A DNA stretch of 64,000 bases from an uncultured Xylophilus sp. (lineage in GTDB: Bacteria; Pseudomonadota; Gammaproteobacteria; Burkholderiales; Burkholderiaceae_C): contig NZ_CAJYQL010000023.1 in assembly GCF_913776965.1 (NCBI RefSeq), positions 1,248 through 65,247 on the forward strand. The letters are read 5' to 3'. The position numbers and the translations under genes are program-made. A model generated the notes under the pieces. The model saw nothing but the letters and a program-made list of their open reading frames with translations, did no database searches and had not been told where the DNA came from. Of this stretch, positions 31,943-40,846 are shown in pieces (the first letter of the stretch is position 1; each line of letters begins with the position of its first letter).

Positions 31943-31967
31943 TTTGTTGAGTATTTACGTCAAGTAT
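31943..31967 (-). promoter_or_regulatory. Candidate IscR type-1 operator upstream of iscR
   Basis: Minus strand ATACTTGACGTAAATACTCAACAAA matches 20/25 positions of the E. coli type-1 consensus ATASYYGACTRWWWYAGTCRRSTAT (consensus recalled from memory). It sits in an AT-rich patch 127-151 nt upstream of the iscR ATG and contains a TTGACG -35-like hexamer. Confidence 0.45.
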
Positions 31968-32024
31968 ATCACAAGACCCGTCATTTCTGTCGGATATCCC
32001 CTGCGCGCCGCTGTGCGCTGCCGC

Positions 32025-34172
32025 CTACGCCGCACCACCTGCGGACGGGAACAGCACGACGTTGTCCGAACCCGGCGCACCGAAGGCCCGCTCCTTGAGC
32101 AAGGACAGCTGGTCGCGCAGACGGGCCGCCTTCTCGAATTCGAGGTTGCGGGCGTGCTCCAGCATCTGCTTTTCCAACCGCTTGATCTCGCGCGACACAT
32201 CCTTCTCCGACATGTCTTCGACCTGCGCCTGTAGCAGTCCCTGCTCCAACCGCGCCGCTTCCTTGCCCGACTTCTCGCTGTACACACCGTCGATCAGATC
32301 CCGCACCTGCTTCACGATGCTCCGCGGCGTGATGCCCTGCGATTCGTTCCAGGCGATCTGCTTGGCCCGGCGGCGCTCGGTCTCGCTGATCGCCTTCTGC
32401 ATCGAATCGGTGATCTTGTCGGCATAGAGGATCGCGCGGCCGTTCAGATTCCGCGCAGCGCGGCCGATCGTCTGGATCAGCGAGCGCTCGGCGCGCAGGA
32501 AGCCTTCCTTGTCCGCGTCGAGGATGGCGACCAGCGACACCTCCGGAATGTCCAGGCCCTCCCGCAGCAGGTTGATCCCGACCAGCACGTCGAACGCGCC
32601 GAGCCGCAAATCGCGCAGGATTTCCACCCGCTCGACCGTGTCGATGTCGCTGTGCATGTAGCGCACTTTGACGCCGTTGTCCGACAGGTAGTCCGTCAAC
32701 TGCTCGGCCATGCGTTTGGTCAGCGTCGTGATCAGCACCCGCTCGTTCTTCTCGACACGGATGCGGATTTCCTGCAGCACGTCGTCCACCTGGTGGGTGG
32801 CCGGGCGCACCTCCACCACCGGATCGACCAGCCCGGTCGGGCGCACCACCTGCTCGACGACCTGGCCCGCGTTGTCCTGCTCGTACTGCGCCGGCGTGGC
32901 GGACACGAAGACGACCTGGTGCATCCGCGTCTCGAACTCGTCGAATTTGAGCGGACGGTTGTCGAGCGCCGACGGCAGCCGGAAGCCGTACTCGACGAGC
33001 GTCGTCTTGCGGGCCCGGTCGCCGTTGTACATGCCGCCCAGCTGACCGATCATGACGTGGCTCTCGTCCAGGAACATCAGCGCGTCCTTGGGCAGATAGT
33101 CGGTCAGGGTGGCCGGCGGCGCACCGGGTGGTGCGCCGCTCAGGTGGCGGGAATAGTTCTCGATGCCCTTGCAATGGCCGATCTCGGCGAGCATTTCCAG
33201 GTCGAAGCGGGTGCGCTGCTCCAGCCGCTGCGCCTCCACCAGCTTGCCCTGCGAGACGAAATAGTCGAGCCGCTGGGCCAGTTCAAGCTTGATCGCCTCG
33301 ACCGCCGACAGCACCTTGTCGCGCGGCGTGACGTAGTGGCTGGAGGGGTAGACGACAAAACGCGGCACCTTCTGGCGGACGCGGCCGGTCAGCGGGTCGA
33401 ACAGTTGCAGGCTCTCGATCTCGTCATCGAACAGCTCGATGCGGATCGCCAGCTCGGAGTGCTCGGCCGGAAAGATGTCGATCGTGTCGCCCCGGACCCG
33501 GAACGAGCCGCGCGAGAAATCCTGCTCGTTGCGGGTGTACTGCATGCGGATGAGCTGCGATATCGCGTCGCGCTGGCTCTGCTTGCCGCCCACCTTCAGG
33601 ATGAACCGCATCTGGGTGTAGTCCTCGGGGGCGCCGATGCCGTAGATCGCGCTTACCGTCGCCACGATCACCACGTCCCGCCGCTCCAGCACGCTCTTGG
33701 TGGCCGACAGACGCATCTGCTCGATGTGCTCGTTGATCGCGCTGTCCTTCTCGATGAACAGGTCGCGCTGGGGCACGTAGGCCTCGGGCTGGTAGTAGTC
33801 GTAGTAGCTGACGAAGTACTCGACCGCGTTCTTCGGGAAGAACTCCCGGAATTCGCTGTAGAGCTGCGCCGCCAGCGTCTTGTTCGGCGCGAAGACGATC
33901 GCCGGCCGGCCCAGCCGGGCGATCACGTTGGCCATCGTGAAGGTCTTGCCGGAACCGGTCACGCCCAGCAGCGTCTGGAACACCTCGCCGTCCTGCACAC
34001 CTTCGACCAGCTTGGCGATCGCCGCCGGCTGGTCGCCGGCCGGCGGATACGGCTGGAACAGCTCGAACGGCGAGTCGGGGAAGGTGACGAACTCGCCTGC
34101 GCGTTCGGCGGGCGGGTCCTGGGGAACGAGGGCGGGAGCGTGGTCGGGCATGGTGCGATGACGATCGGGCAT
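32025..34172 (-). CDS. uvrB: Excinuclease ABC subunit B
   Basis: About 715 aa. Motifs [18 protein letters not shown] and the C-terminal UVR motif [13 protein letters not shown]. The start is ambiguous between ATG 34172, ATG 34151 and the track start 34250. Confidence 0.95.
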   Translation of the reverse strand: MPDRHRTMPDHAPALVPQDPPAERAGEFVTFPDSPFELFQPYPPAGDQPAAIAKLVEGVQDGEVFQTLLGVTGSGKTFTMANVIARLGRPAIVFAPNKTLAAQLYSEFREFFPKNAVEYFVSYYDYYQPEAYVPQRDLFIEKDSAINEHIEQMRLSATKSVLERRDVVIVATVSAIYGIGAPEDYTQMRFILKVGGKQSQRDAISQLIRMQYTRNEQDFSRGSFRVRGDTIDIFPAEHSELAIRIELFDDEIESLQLFDPLTGRVRQKVPRFVVYPSSHYVTPRDKVLSAVEAIKLELAQRLDYFVSQGKLVEAQRLEQRTRFDLEMLAEIGHCKGIENYSRHLSGAPPGAPPATLTDYLPKDALMFLDESHVMIGQLGGMYNGDRARKTTLVEYGFRLPSALDNRPLKFDEFETRMHQVVFVSATPAQYEQDNAGQVVEQVVRPTGLVDPVVEVRPATHQVDDVLQEIRIRVEKNERVLITTLTKRMAEQLTDYLSDNGVKVRYMHSDIDTVERVEILRDLRLGAFDVLVGINLLREGLDIPEVSLVAILDADKEGFLRAERSLIQTIGRAARNLNGRAILYADKITDSMQKAISETERRRAKQIAWNESQGITPRSIVKQVRDLIDGVYSEKSGKEAARLEQGLLQAQVEDMSEKDVSREIKRLEKQMLEHARNLEFEKAARLRDQLSLLKERAFGAPGSDNVVLFPSAGGAA

Positions 34173-34315
34173 GGTGGGAGGGCGGCAGGGGCAGGCACGA
34201 CAGCCAGCGCTGATTAAAATCCCATGTGGTCCCGCGTGCCGCCGATTCAAGCCGCGCCCCTGCCCGGACCCCGCTTTTACCTCCCCCTTCTCCCGCTACC
34301 AAGGACACTTTTCCC

Positions 34316-35512
34316 ATGTCTCTGTTCACCGCCGTCGAGATGGCACCGCGCGACCCGATCCTGGGCCTCAACGAGCAGTTCGCCGCCGACACCAACCCGA
34401 ACAAGGTCAACCTCGGCGTGGGCGTGTACTACGACGACAACGGCAAGCTGCCGCTGCTGAACTGCGTCCAGGCCGCGGAAAAGGCGATGATGGAAGCGCC
34501 CAAGGCACGCGGCTACCTGCCGATCGACGGTATCGCCGCCTACGATGAAGCGGTGAAGACCCTGGTCTTCGGCGCCGGCAGCGAGCCGGTCACGTCCGGC
34601 CGCGTGGCCACGGTGCAGTGCATCGGCGGCACCGGCGGACTGAAGGTCGGCGCCGACTTCCTGAAGCAGCTGAACCCGGAGGCTAAGGTCCTGATCAGCG
34701 ACCCGAGCTGGGAGAACCACCGTGCGCTGTTCACCCGCGCCGGTTTCGAGGTCGGCACCTACCCGTACTACGACGCCGACAAGCGCGGCGTGGACTTCGA
34801 CGGCATGCTGGCCGCCCTGAACGCCGCCGCGGCCGGGACCATCGTGGTGCTGCACGCGTGCTGCCACAACCCGACCGGCTACGACATCACGCCCGCGCAG
34901 TGGGACCAGGTGGTCGCCGCGGTGAAGGCGAAGAACCTGGTCGCCTTCCTCGACATGGCGTACCAGGGCTTCGGCCACGGCATCGCCGAGGACGGCGCAG
35001 TGATCGGCAAGTTCGTCGACGCTGGCCTGACCTTCTTCGTCTCGACCTCGTTCTCGAAGAGCTTCAGCCTGTACGGCGAGCGCGTCGGCGCGCTGTCGGT
35101 CCTGGCGGCGTCGAAGGAGGAAGCGGCCCGCGTGCTGAGCCAGCTGAAGATCGTGATCCGCACCAACTACTCCAACCCGCCGACCCACGGCGGTGCGGTC
35201 GTTGCCGCCGTGCTGGGCACGCCGGCCCTGCGTGCGCAGTGGGAAGAAGAACTGGCCGGCATGCGGGTCCGCATCAAGGAGATGCGCCAGAAGCTGGTGG
35301 ACGGCCTCAGGGCCGCGGGCGTGCAGAAGGACATGTCGTTCATCACCGAGCAGATCGGCATGTTCAGCTACTCCGGCCTGACCAAAGACCAGATGGTCCG
35401 CCTGCGCAGCGAGTTCGGCGTGTATGGCACCGATACCGGCCGCATGTGCGTGGCCGCCCTGAACAGCCGCAACATCGACCACGTCTGCGCCTCGATCGCG
35501 AAGGTGGTCTGA
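34316..35512 (+). CDS. tyrB: Aromatic/aspartate aminotransferase (class I, TyrB/AspC type)
   Basis: 398 aa from MSLFTAVEMAPRDPILGL. PLP-Lys motif SFSKSFSLYGERVG, plus NYSNPP. Confidence 0.92.
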   Translation: MSLFTAVEMAPRDPILGLNEQFAADTNPNKVNLGVGVYYDDNGKLPLLNCVQAAEKAMMEAPKARGYLPIDGIAAYDEAVKTLVFGAGSEPVTSGRVATVQCIGGTGGLKVGADFLKQLNPEAKVLISDPSWENHRALFTRAGFEVGTYPYYDADKRGVDFDGMLAALNAAAAGTIVVLHACCHNPTGYDITPAQWDQVVAAVKAKNLVAFLDMAYQGFGHGIAEDGAVIGKFVDAGLTFFVSTSFSKSFSLYGERVGALSVLAASKEEAARVLSQLKIVIRTNYSNPPTHGGAVVAAVLGTPALRAQWEEELAGMRVRIKEMRQKLVDGLRAAGVQKDMSFITEQIGMFSYSGLTKDQMVRLRSEFGVYGTDTGRMCVAALNSRNIDHVCASIAKVV

Positions 35513-35544
35513 CACCTCGGCGACCCCGTCCCGTCCATCGCAAT

Positions 35545-35568
35545 GGGCTGCTTCGGCAGCCCTTTTTC
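35545..35568 (+). terminator. Rho-independent terminator of tyrB
   Basis: GGGCTGC-ttcg-GCAGCCC followed by TTTTT, 33 nt after the stop. Confidence 0.88.
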
Positions 35569-35616
35569 ATGCGGCATCGGCAACGAACCAAGCGTTTGCG
35601 CTCACCCTATCTGCGC

Positions 35617-35643
35617 ATTCAGCTATGAAATTTATAGCTGAAT
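35617..35643. promoter_or_regulatory. 27-bp near-perfect AT-rich palindrome upstream of phaZ (candidate operator)
   Basis: ATTCAGCTATGAAATTTATAGCTGAAT, with 12 of 13 arm positions complementary. It lies 131 nt upstream of the phaZ ATG. A second small palindrome, TTGCACTGCAA, lies at 35743-35753. Confidence 0.45.
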
Positions 35644-35773
35644 TCGATTGCATCGACCGGATCGCCGACGCCGAATAGGGCGGTCTCCGGACGCTTTGTA
35701 TCGGTCGAACTACCGATGCGTCAGAAATTGCCTGCTGCTATATTGCACTGCAACATTACCCCAGGAGAGTCCC

Positions 35774-37237
35774 ATGCTCTACCAGTTCTACGAAGCGCAA
35801 CGCGCCTTGATGGAGCCGTTTGCCGATTTCGCGCATGCGGCCTCGAAGATGTACAGCAACCCGCTGACGCCGATGGGCCAGGCCCCGTTCGCGCAGCGGC
35901 TGTCGGCGGGCTTCGATCTGCTGCACCGGCTCGGCAAGGACTACGAAAAGCCGGTGTTCGGCATCCAGACCGTGCCGACCGAGAGCGGCGAGGTGGTCGT
36001 CCACGAGACGATCGAGCTGGACAAGCCGTTCTGTGAGCTGCGTCGTTTCAAGCGCTTCACCGACGACCCGGATACGCTGGCCCGCCTGAAGGCCGATCCG
36101 GTCGTGCTGGTAGTCGCGCCGCTGTCCGGCCACTACGCCACGCTGCTGCGCGATACGGTCAAGACCCTGTTGCGCGACCACAAGGTCTACATCACCGACT
36201 GGAAGAACGCCCGGCTGGTACCGCTGGCCGAGGGCGAATTCCACCTCGACGACTACGTCAACTACATCGAGGATTTCATCCGCCACCTGCAGGCCAACTA
36301 CGGCAACTGCCACGTCATCAGCGTCTGCCAGCCGACCGTGCCGGTGCTGGCCGCCATCTCGCTGATGGCCTCGCGCGGCGAGACCACGCCGCTGTCGATG
36401 ACGATGATGGGTGGCCCCATCGACGCGCGCAAGTCGCCGACGGCGGTGAACAACTTGGCGACCAACAAGAGCCACGAGTGGTTCGAGAACAACGTGATCT
36501 ACCGCGTGCCGCCGGGCTTCCCGGGCGAGGGGCGCCGCGTGTACCCGGGCTTTTTGCAGCACACCGGCTTCGTGGCGATGAACCCGGACCGGCACGCGAA
36601 GAGCCACTTCGACTACTTCAAGGACCTGATGAAAGGCGACGACGCGAGCGCCGAGGCCCACCGCAAGTTCTACGACGAGTACAACGCGGTCCTCGATATG
36701 GATGCGGACTACTACCTCGAGACGATCCGCACCGTGTTCCAGGACTTCTCGCTGGTGCACGGCACCTGGGATGTCCGCGCGCCGGACGGCACGCTCGAAC
36801 GGGTCCGGCCGCAGGACATCAAGACCACCGCGATGCTGACGGTCGAAGGCGAGCTGGACGACATTTCCGGCTCCGGCCAGACCGCCGCGGCCAACGACCT
36901 GTGCGAAGGGATTCCGGCCGACCGCAAGCGCCACCTGGAAGCCAAGGGCGCCGGCCACTATGGCATCTTCAGCGGCCGGCGCTGGCGCGACGTGGTGTAT
37001 CCGCAGGTGCGGAAGTTCATCCGGACCTTCGACCGCGGCGTCGCGGAAGCCACCTCCCGCACGCTCGAAGATGTGCCGGCCGACGGCCACCGCCCCGGCT
37101 CGCCGGCGGCGCCCAAGCCGCGCACGGTGAAGGCCGCCGCCAACGCCGCCACCCGGACGGCCGAGGAAAGCGCGCACCCGGCTGCCGCCAGCCGGCCTGC
37201 CCCGCCCGCCAAGCGCCGTGCCGCCCGCCCGCGCTGA
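35774..37237 (+). CDS. phaZ: Intracellular polyhydroxyalkanoate (PHB) depolymerase, PhaZa1-type, with a 68-aa basic Ala/Pro-rich C-terminal extension
   Basis: 487 aa from MLYQFYEAQRALMEPF (AGGAGA RBS). Motifs ISVCQPTVPVLAAISLMA, MMGGPIDARKSPTAVN, YPGFLQHTGFVAMNP and TVEGELDDISG closely recall the Ralstonia eutropha PhaZa1 sequence as I remember it. Confidence 0.9.
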   Translation: MLYQFYEAQRALMEPFADFAHAASKMYSNPLTPMGQAPFAQRLSAGFDLLHRLGKDYEKPVFGIQTVPTESGEVVVHETIELDKPFCELRRFKRFTDDPDTLARLKADPVVLVVAPLSGHYATLLRDTVKTLLRDHKVYITDWKNARLVPLAEGEFHLDDYVNYIEDFIRHLQANYGNCHVISVCQPTVPVLAAISLMASRGETTPLSMTMMGGPIDARKSPTAVNNLATNKSHEWFENNVIYRVPPGFPGEGRRVYPGFLQHTGFVAMNPDRHAKSHFDYFKDLMKGDDASAEAHRKFYDEYNAVLDMDADYYLETIRTVFQDFSLVHGTWDVRAPDGTLERVRPQDIKTTAMLTVEGELDDISGSGQTAAANDLCEGIPADRKRHLEAKGAGHYGIFSGRRWRDVVYPQVRKFIRTFDRGVAEATSRTLEDVPADGHRPGSPAAPKPRTVKAAANAATRTAEESAHPAAASRPAPPAKRRAARPR

Positions 37238-37934
37238 CGGAAACGCACCGACCGCCGGCCCGACCGGGTCGGCGGTCGCGCTTCTCGCGGCACGGCTCGA
37301 CGCCGCCTTGCCGCAGACGCAGTGCACCCGCTGCGGCTATCCCGATTGCGCGGCCTACGCCACGGCCATGGCCACGGGCGAGGCGGAGATCAATCGCTGC
37401 CCGCCCGGCGGCCGCGAGGGCGTCGAGCGGCTCGCCGCCATCGTCGGGCGCTCGCCGCTGCCGCTCGACGCGGCCTCTGGCGCCGAAGGTCCGCGGCGGC
37501 TGGCGGTGATCGACGAAGCCTGGTGCATCGGCTGCACCCTGTGCCTGGACGCTTGCCCGACCGACGCGATCCTCGGGCGCAGCAAGCGGATGCACACCGT
37601 GATCGAGGCGCACTGCACCGGCTGCGAGCGTTGCATTCCCGTCTGTCCGGTGGACTGCATCGCACTGGTGCCGTCGGACAGCGGAGAGCGGACCGGCTGG
37701 GGCGCCTGGTCGCAGGTCCAGGCGAACGAGGCCCTCGGTCGCTACCGCTTGCACCGGGCTCGCGCCATCACCATGCCGACGGCGATCGACGAGGAACCGG
37801 CGCCCGAATACGTTTCTGCCCCTCCCCTCGCGCCGAACCCTCCGCAGACGCCGCCGTCTGAAGACAGCGCCGCCGACCGTCGTAAGGCCGCCATCGCCGC
37901 GGCGCTCGCCCGCGCACGCGAACGGCGCGGCTGA
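37218..37934 (+). CDS. RnfB/RsxB-like ferredoxin (N-terminal Cys-rich domain + 2x[4Fe-4S])
   Basis: 238 aa with a GTG start overlapping the phaZ 3' end by 20 nt. Motifs LPQTQCTRCGYPDCAAYA, INRCPPGG, CIGCTLCLDACP and CTGCERCIPVCP. The start is uncertain. Confidence 0.8.
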   Translation: MPPARADGNAPTAGPTGSAVALLAARLDAALPQTQCTRCGYPDCAAYATAMATGEAEINRCPPGGREGVERLAAIVGRSPLPLDAASGAEGPRRLAVIDEAWCIGCTLCLDACPTDAILGRSKRMHTVIEAHCTGCERCIPVCPVDCIALVPSDSGERTGWGAWSQVQANEALGRYRLHRARAITMPTAIDEEPAPEYVSAPPLAPNPPQTPPSEDSAADRRKAAIAAALARARERRG

Positions 37935-37951
37935 TCCGCCGCGCGCGTCCC

Positions 37952-38443
37952 TCAGTTTCGCACCGCGCCCAGCGCCGCCACCACCTCCGGCGGCGCCTGG
38001 ACCAGCTCGATCAGCACGCCCTCGCCTGCGATCGGAAACGCCTCGTTGGCCTTCGGATGCAGGAAACAGATGTCGTGGCCCGCCGCACCCGGCCGGATGC
38101 CGCCGGGCGCGAAGCGCACGCCCTGCCCTTCGAGCCAGGCGACCGCGGCCCGCAGGTCGTCGATCCAGAGGCCGACATGGTTCAGCGGAGTCGTGTGCAC
38201 CTCCGGTTTGCCCGCCGGGTCGATCGGCTGCATCAAATCCACCTCGACCGCATGCGGGCCGCTGCCGATGGCGCAGATGTCCTCGTCGACGTTCTCGCGC
38301 TCGCTGCGGAAGTTGCCGGTCACCTGCAGGCCGAGCATGTCCACCCACAGCGTGCGCAGCCGCGCCTTGTCCGGCCCGCCGATGGCGATCTGCTGGATGC
38401 CGAGCACGCGGAACGGCCGCTGCACCGCTGCCGCCGCCGTCAT
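37952..38443 (-). CDS. VOC/glyoxalase-fold protein, probable methylmalonyl-CoA epimerase
   Basis: 163 aa. [25 protein letters not shown] and GVLIELVQ resemble the Propionibacterium epimerase LHHMAWRVDDIDAV...GVLIELTQ (from memory). It is the last gene of the pcc operon, with an ATGA overlap with the cupin gene. Confidence 0.65.
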   Translation of the reverse strand: MTAAAAVQRPFRVLGIQQIAIGGPDKARLRTLWVDMLGLQVTGNFRSERENVDEDICAIGSGPHAVEVDLMQPIDPAGKPEVHTTPLNHVGLWIDDLRAAVAWLEGQGVRFAPGGIRPGAAGHDICFLHPKANEAFPIAGEGVLIELVQAPPEVVAALGAVRN

Positions 38444-38727
38444 GCGCCGGCCCCCGATGCCCGGCGCGCCGAGAGGTAGTGCACGCCGCCTTCGTTCGGC
38501 ACCGTCTCCAGGTGCGGCGTGTCGGGCGGCAGGTCGAAGATGTCGCCCGGCCGGTAGGTGCGCTGGATGCCGTCGACCTCCAGCACAATGGCGCCCGACA
38601 GGATCAGCGCGCGGGCGTGGAACGGGTGGGCATGCGATTCGAGGTGCCAGCCCTGCGGGCGCTGCACATCCACCGGGGCGTCGAAGCCCTGGGCCTGCAT
38701 GTCGGTGGCGAATGTCTGGGGAGTCAT
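38440..38727 (-). CDS. Small cupin-domain protein, function unknown
   Basis: 95 aa. [22 protein letters not shown]...[15 protein letters not shown] is a cupin_2-like two-motif pattern. Confidence 0.7.
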   Translation of the reverse strand: MTPQTFATDMQAQGFDAPVDVQRPQGWHLESHAHPFHARALILSGAIVLEVDGIQRTYRPGDIFDLPPDTPHLETVPNEGGVHYLSARRASGAGA

Positions 38728-38759
38728 GGAGGGTCCTGGTAAATAAGAACGGTCGCCGC

Positions 38760-40808
38760 TCAGGCGAATTCGAGGATGACCTGGTCGACCGCGAGCGACT
38801 CGCCCTTGCGGGCCACCACCGTGCCGACCACGCCGTCCTGCGCGGCGAACAGGATGTTCTCCATCTTCATCGCCTCGATCACCGCCAGCTTCTCGCCGGC
38901 CTGCACCGTCTGGCCGGGCTGCACTGCCACGTCCACCAGCAGGCCGGGCATCGGCGACAGCAGGAACTTGCTCAGGTCGGGCGGCGCCTTGTAGGGCCTG
39001 AGCGCGTGCAGGCGGGCGCCGAGCGGCGACAGCACCATCGCGTCGATCTGCGTGCCGTCGTGCTGCACCCGCAACGCCAGCGGATTCTTCGGGGTGCCGC
39101 GCTCGATCTGCGCGGTGAACGGCCGGCCGTTGACCGTGCCCTGCACCCGCAGGCTGCCGAGCGGTGCGTTGCTATCGATCTTGTAGCTGCTCGCGCCCAC
39201 CTGGACGGCGCTGGAGCCGGTTTTGCCCTGGAAGTCGGTGACGGTGACCGGCGTGTGCACGTTCTGGCCGTCGGCCTTCAGCGTGACGACGACGAAGGCC
39301 TCGCCGATCTTCACCCCGTGGCCGGCCAGCTGGCCGCTGATGCCCGAGGCCCGCGCCCGCTGGCGGCGGTGCAGGTAGGCCGCCAGCGCCACCAGGAAAT
39401 CCGGATCGGCATGCGGCACGTCCTCGGCGCGGAAGCCGTGGGCGTAGTGCTCGGCGATGAAACCGGTGTTGAAGTCGCCCGCTACGAACTTCGGATGCGC
39501 GAGTAGCGCCGCCTGGAACGGGATGTTGCTGCTGACGCCGCGGATCACGAAGCCGTTGAGCGCCTCGCGCATCTTGGCGATCGCATGGTCGCGGTCGGTG
39601 CCGTGGACGATCAACTTGGCGATCATCGAATCGTAGTACATCGGGATCTCGCCGCCCTCGTACACGCCGGTATCCACCCGCACGCCCTGCAGGTGCTCGG
39701 TGTCGGCCGCGAACATCGTCGCCTCCGGCGGCTGGAAGCGCACCAGCCGGCCGGTGGACGGAAGGAAGTTGCGGAACGGGTCCTCGGCGTTGATCCGACA
39801 TTCGATCGCCCAGCCGTCGCGCTTCACGTCTTCCTGGCGCAACGGCAGCGGTTCGCCGGCGGCCACGCGGATCATCAGCTCGACAAGGTCCAGGCCGGTG
39901 ATGCACTCGGTCACCGGGTGCTCCACCTGCAGCCGGGTGTTCATCTCCAGGAAGTAGAAGTCCTGGTCTTTGCCGACCACGAATTCCACCGTGCCGGCCG
40001 ACTGGTACTTCACCGCCTTGGCGAGCGCGACGGCCTGCTCGCCCATGGCCTTGCGCGTCGCCTCGCTGATGAAGGGCGACGGCGCCTCCTCGATCACCTT
40101 CTGGTGGCGGCGCTGGATCGAGCATTCGCGCTCGTTGAGGTAGATCACGTTGCCGTGCGCGTCGCCGAGCACCTGGATCTCGATGTGGCGCGGCTCCTGC
40201 ACGAACTTCTCGATGAAGATGCGGTCGTCGCCGAAGCTGTTGCGGGCCTCGTTCTGGCAGGCGGTGAAGCCGGCCAGCGCTTCCTGGTCGTCGAAGGCGA
40301 CCCGCAGGCCCTTGCCGCCGCCGCCGGCCGACGCCTTGATCATCACCGGGTAGCCGATGTCGCGGGCGATCTCTACCGCGCGCTCGGGCGACGGGATCGC
40401 GTCGTTCCAGCCCGGGATGGTGTTGACCTGTGCCTCGCCCGCGAGCTTCTTCGAGGCGATCTTGTCGCCCATCGCGGCGATGGAATAGTGCTTCGGCCCG
40501 ATGAAGGCGATGCCCTCCTCCTCCACCCGGCGGGCGAAGGCCTCGTTCTCCGACAGGAAGCCGTAGCCGGGGTGTACGGCTTCAGCGCCGGTCTGTCGGC
40601 AAGCGGCGATGATGCGGTCGGCCTGCAGGTAGGACTCGCGCGAGGGCGCCGCGCCGATGTGCACCGCCTCGTCGGCCAGCTCGACATGGCGGGCATCCTT
40701 GTCAGCGTCGGAATAGACGGCGACCGTCTTGATGCCCATCTTGCGGGCGGTGGCGATGACGCGGCAGGCGATCTCGCCGCGGTTGGCGATCAGGATCTTT
40801 TGGAACAT
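38760..40808 (-). CDS. pccA: Propionyl-CoA carboxylase alpha subunit (biotin carboxylase + BCCP)
   Basis: 682 aa from [17 protein letters not shown] (GGAGA RBS). It has an ATP-grasp region and the C-terminal biotinylation motif VIEAMKMEN. The track ORF runs 223 codons further upstream as an artefact. Confidence 0.93.
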   Translation of the reverse strand: MFQKILIANRGEIACRVIATARKMGIKTVAVYSDADKDARHVELADEAVHIGAAPSRESYLQADRIIAACRQTGAEAVHPGYGFLSENEAFARRVEEEGIAFIGPKHYSIAAMGDKIASKKLAGEAQVNTIPGWNDAIPSPERAVEIARDIGYPVMIKASAGGGGKGLRVAFDDQEALAGFTACQNEARNSFGDDRIFIEKFVQEPRHIEIQVLGDAHGNVIYLNERECSIQRRHQKVIEEAPSPFISEATRKAMGEQAVALAKAVKYQSAGTVEFVVGKDQDFYFLEMNTRLQVEHPVTECITGLDLVELMIRVAAGEPLPLRQEDVKRDGWAIECRINAEDPFRNFLPSTGRLVRFQPPEATMFAADTEHLQGVRVDTGVYEGGEIPMYYDSMIAKLIVHGTDRDHAIAKMREALNGFVIRGVSSNIPFQAALLAHPKFVAGDFNTGFIAEHYAHGFRAEDVPHADPDFLVALAAYLHRRQRARASGISGQLAGHGVKIGEAFVVVTLKADGQNVHTPVTVTDFQGKTGSSAVQVGASSYKIDSNAPLGSLRVQGTVNGRPFTAQIERGTPKNPLALRVQHDGTQIDAMVLSPLGARLHALRPYKAPPDLSKFLLSPMPGLLVDVAVQPGQTVQAGEKLAVIEAMKMENILFAAQDGVVGTVVARKGESLAVDQVILEFA

Positions 40809-40846
40809 GGCGGTGTCTCCGTCGAGGGATGTGTTTGGGTGAAGGT

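Noticed and set aside
34141-34180. The duplicated motif cgggcatggtg (two ATGs 21 nt apart) at the uvrB 5' end. I considered it as a slippage or phase-variation element.
   Set aside because: It is a single imperfect 11-nt duplication, not a homopolymer or multi-copy tract. It only creates start-codon ambiguity ([13 protein letters not shown]).
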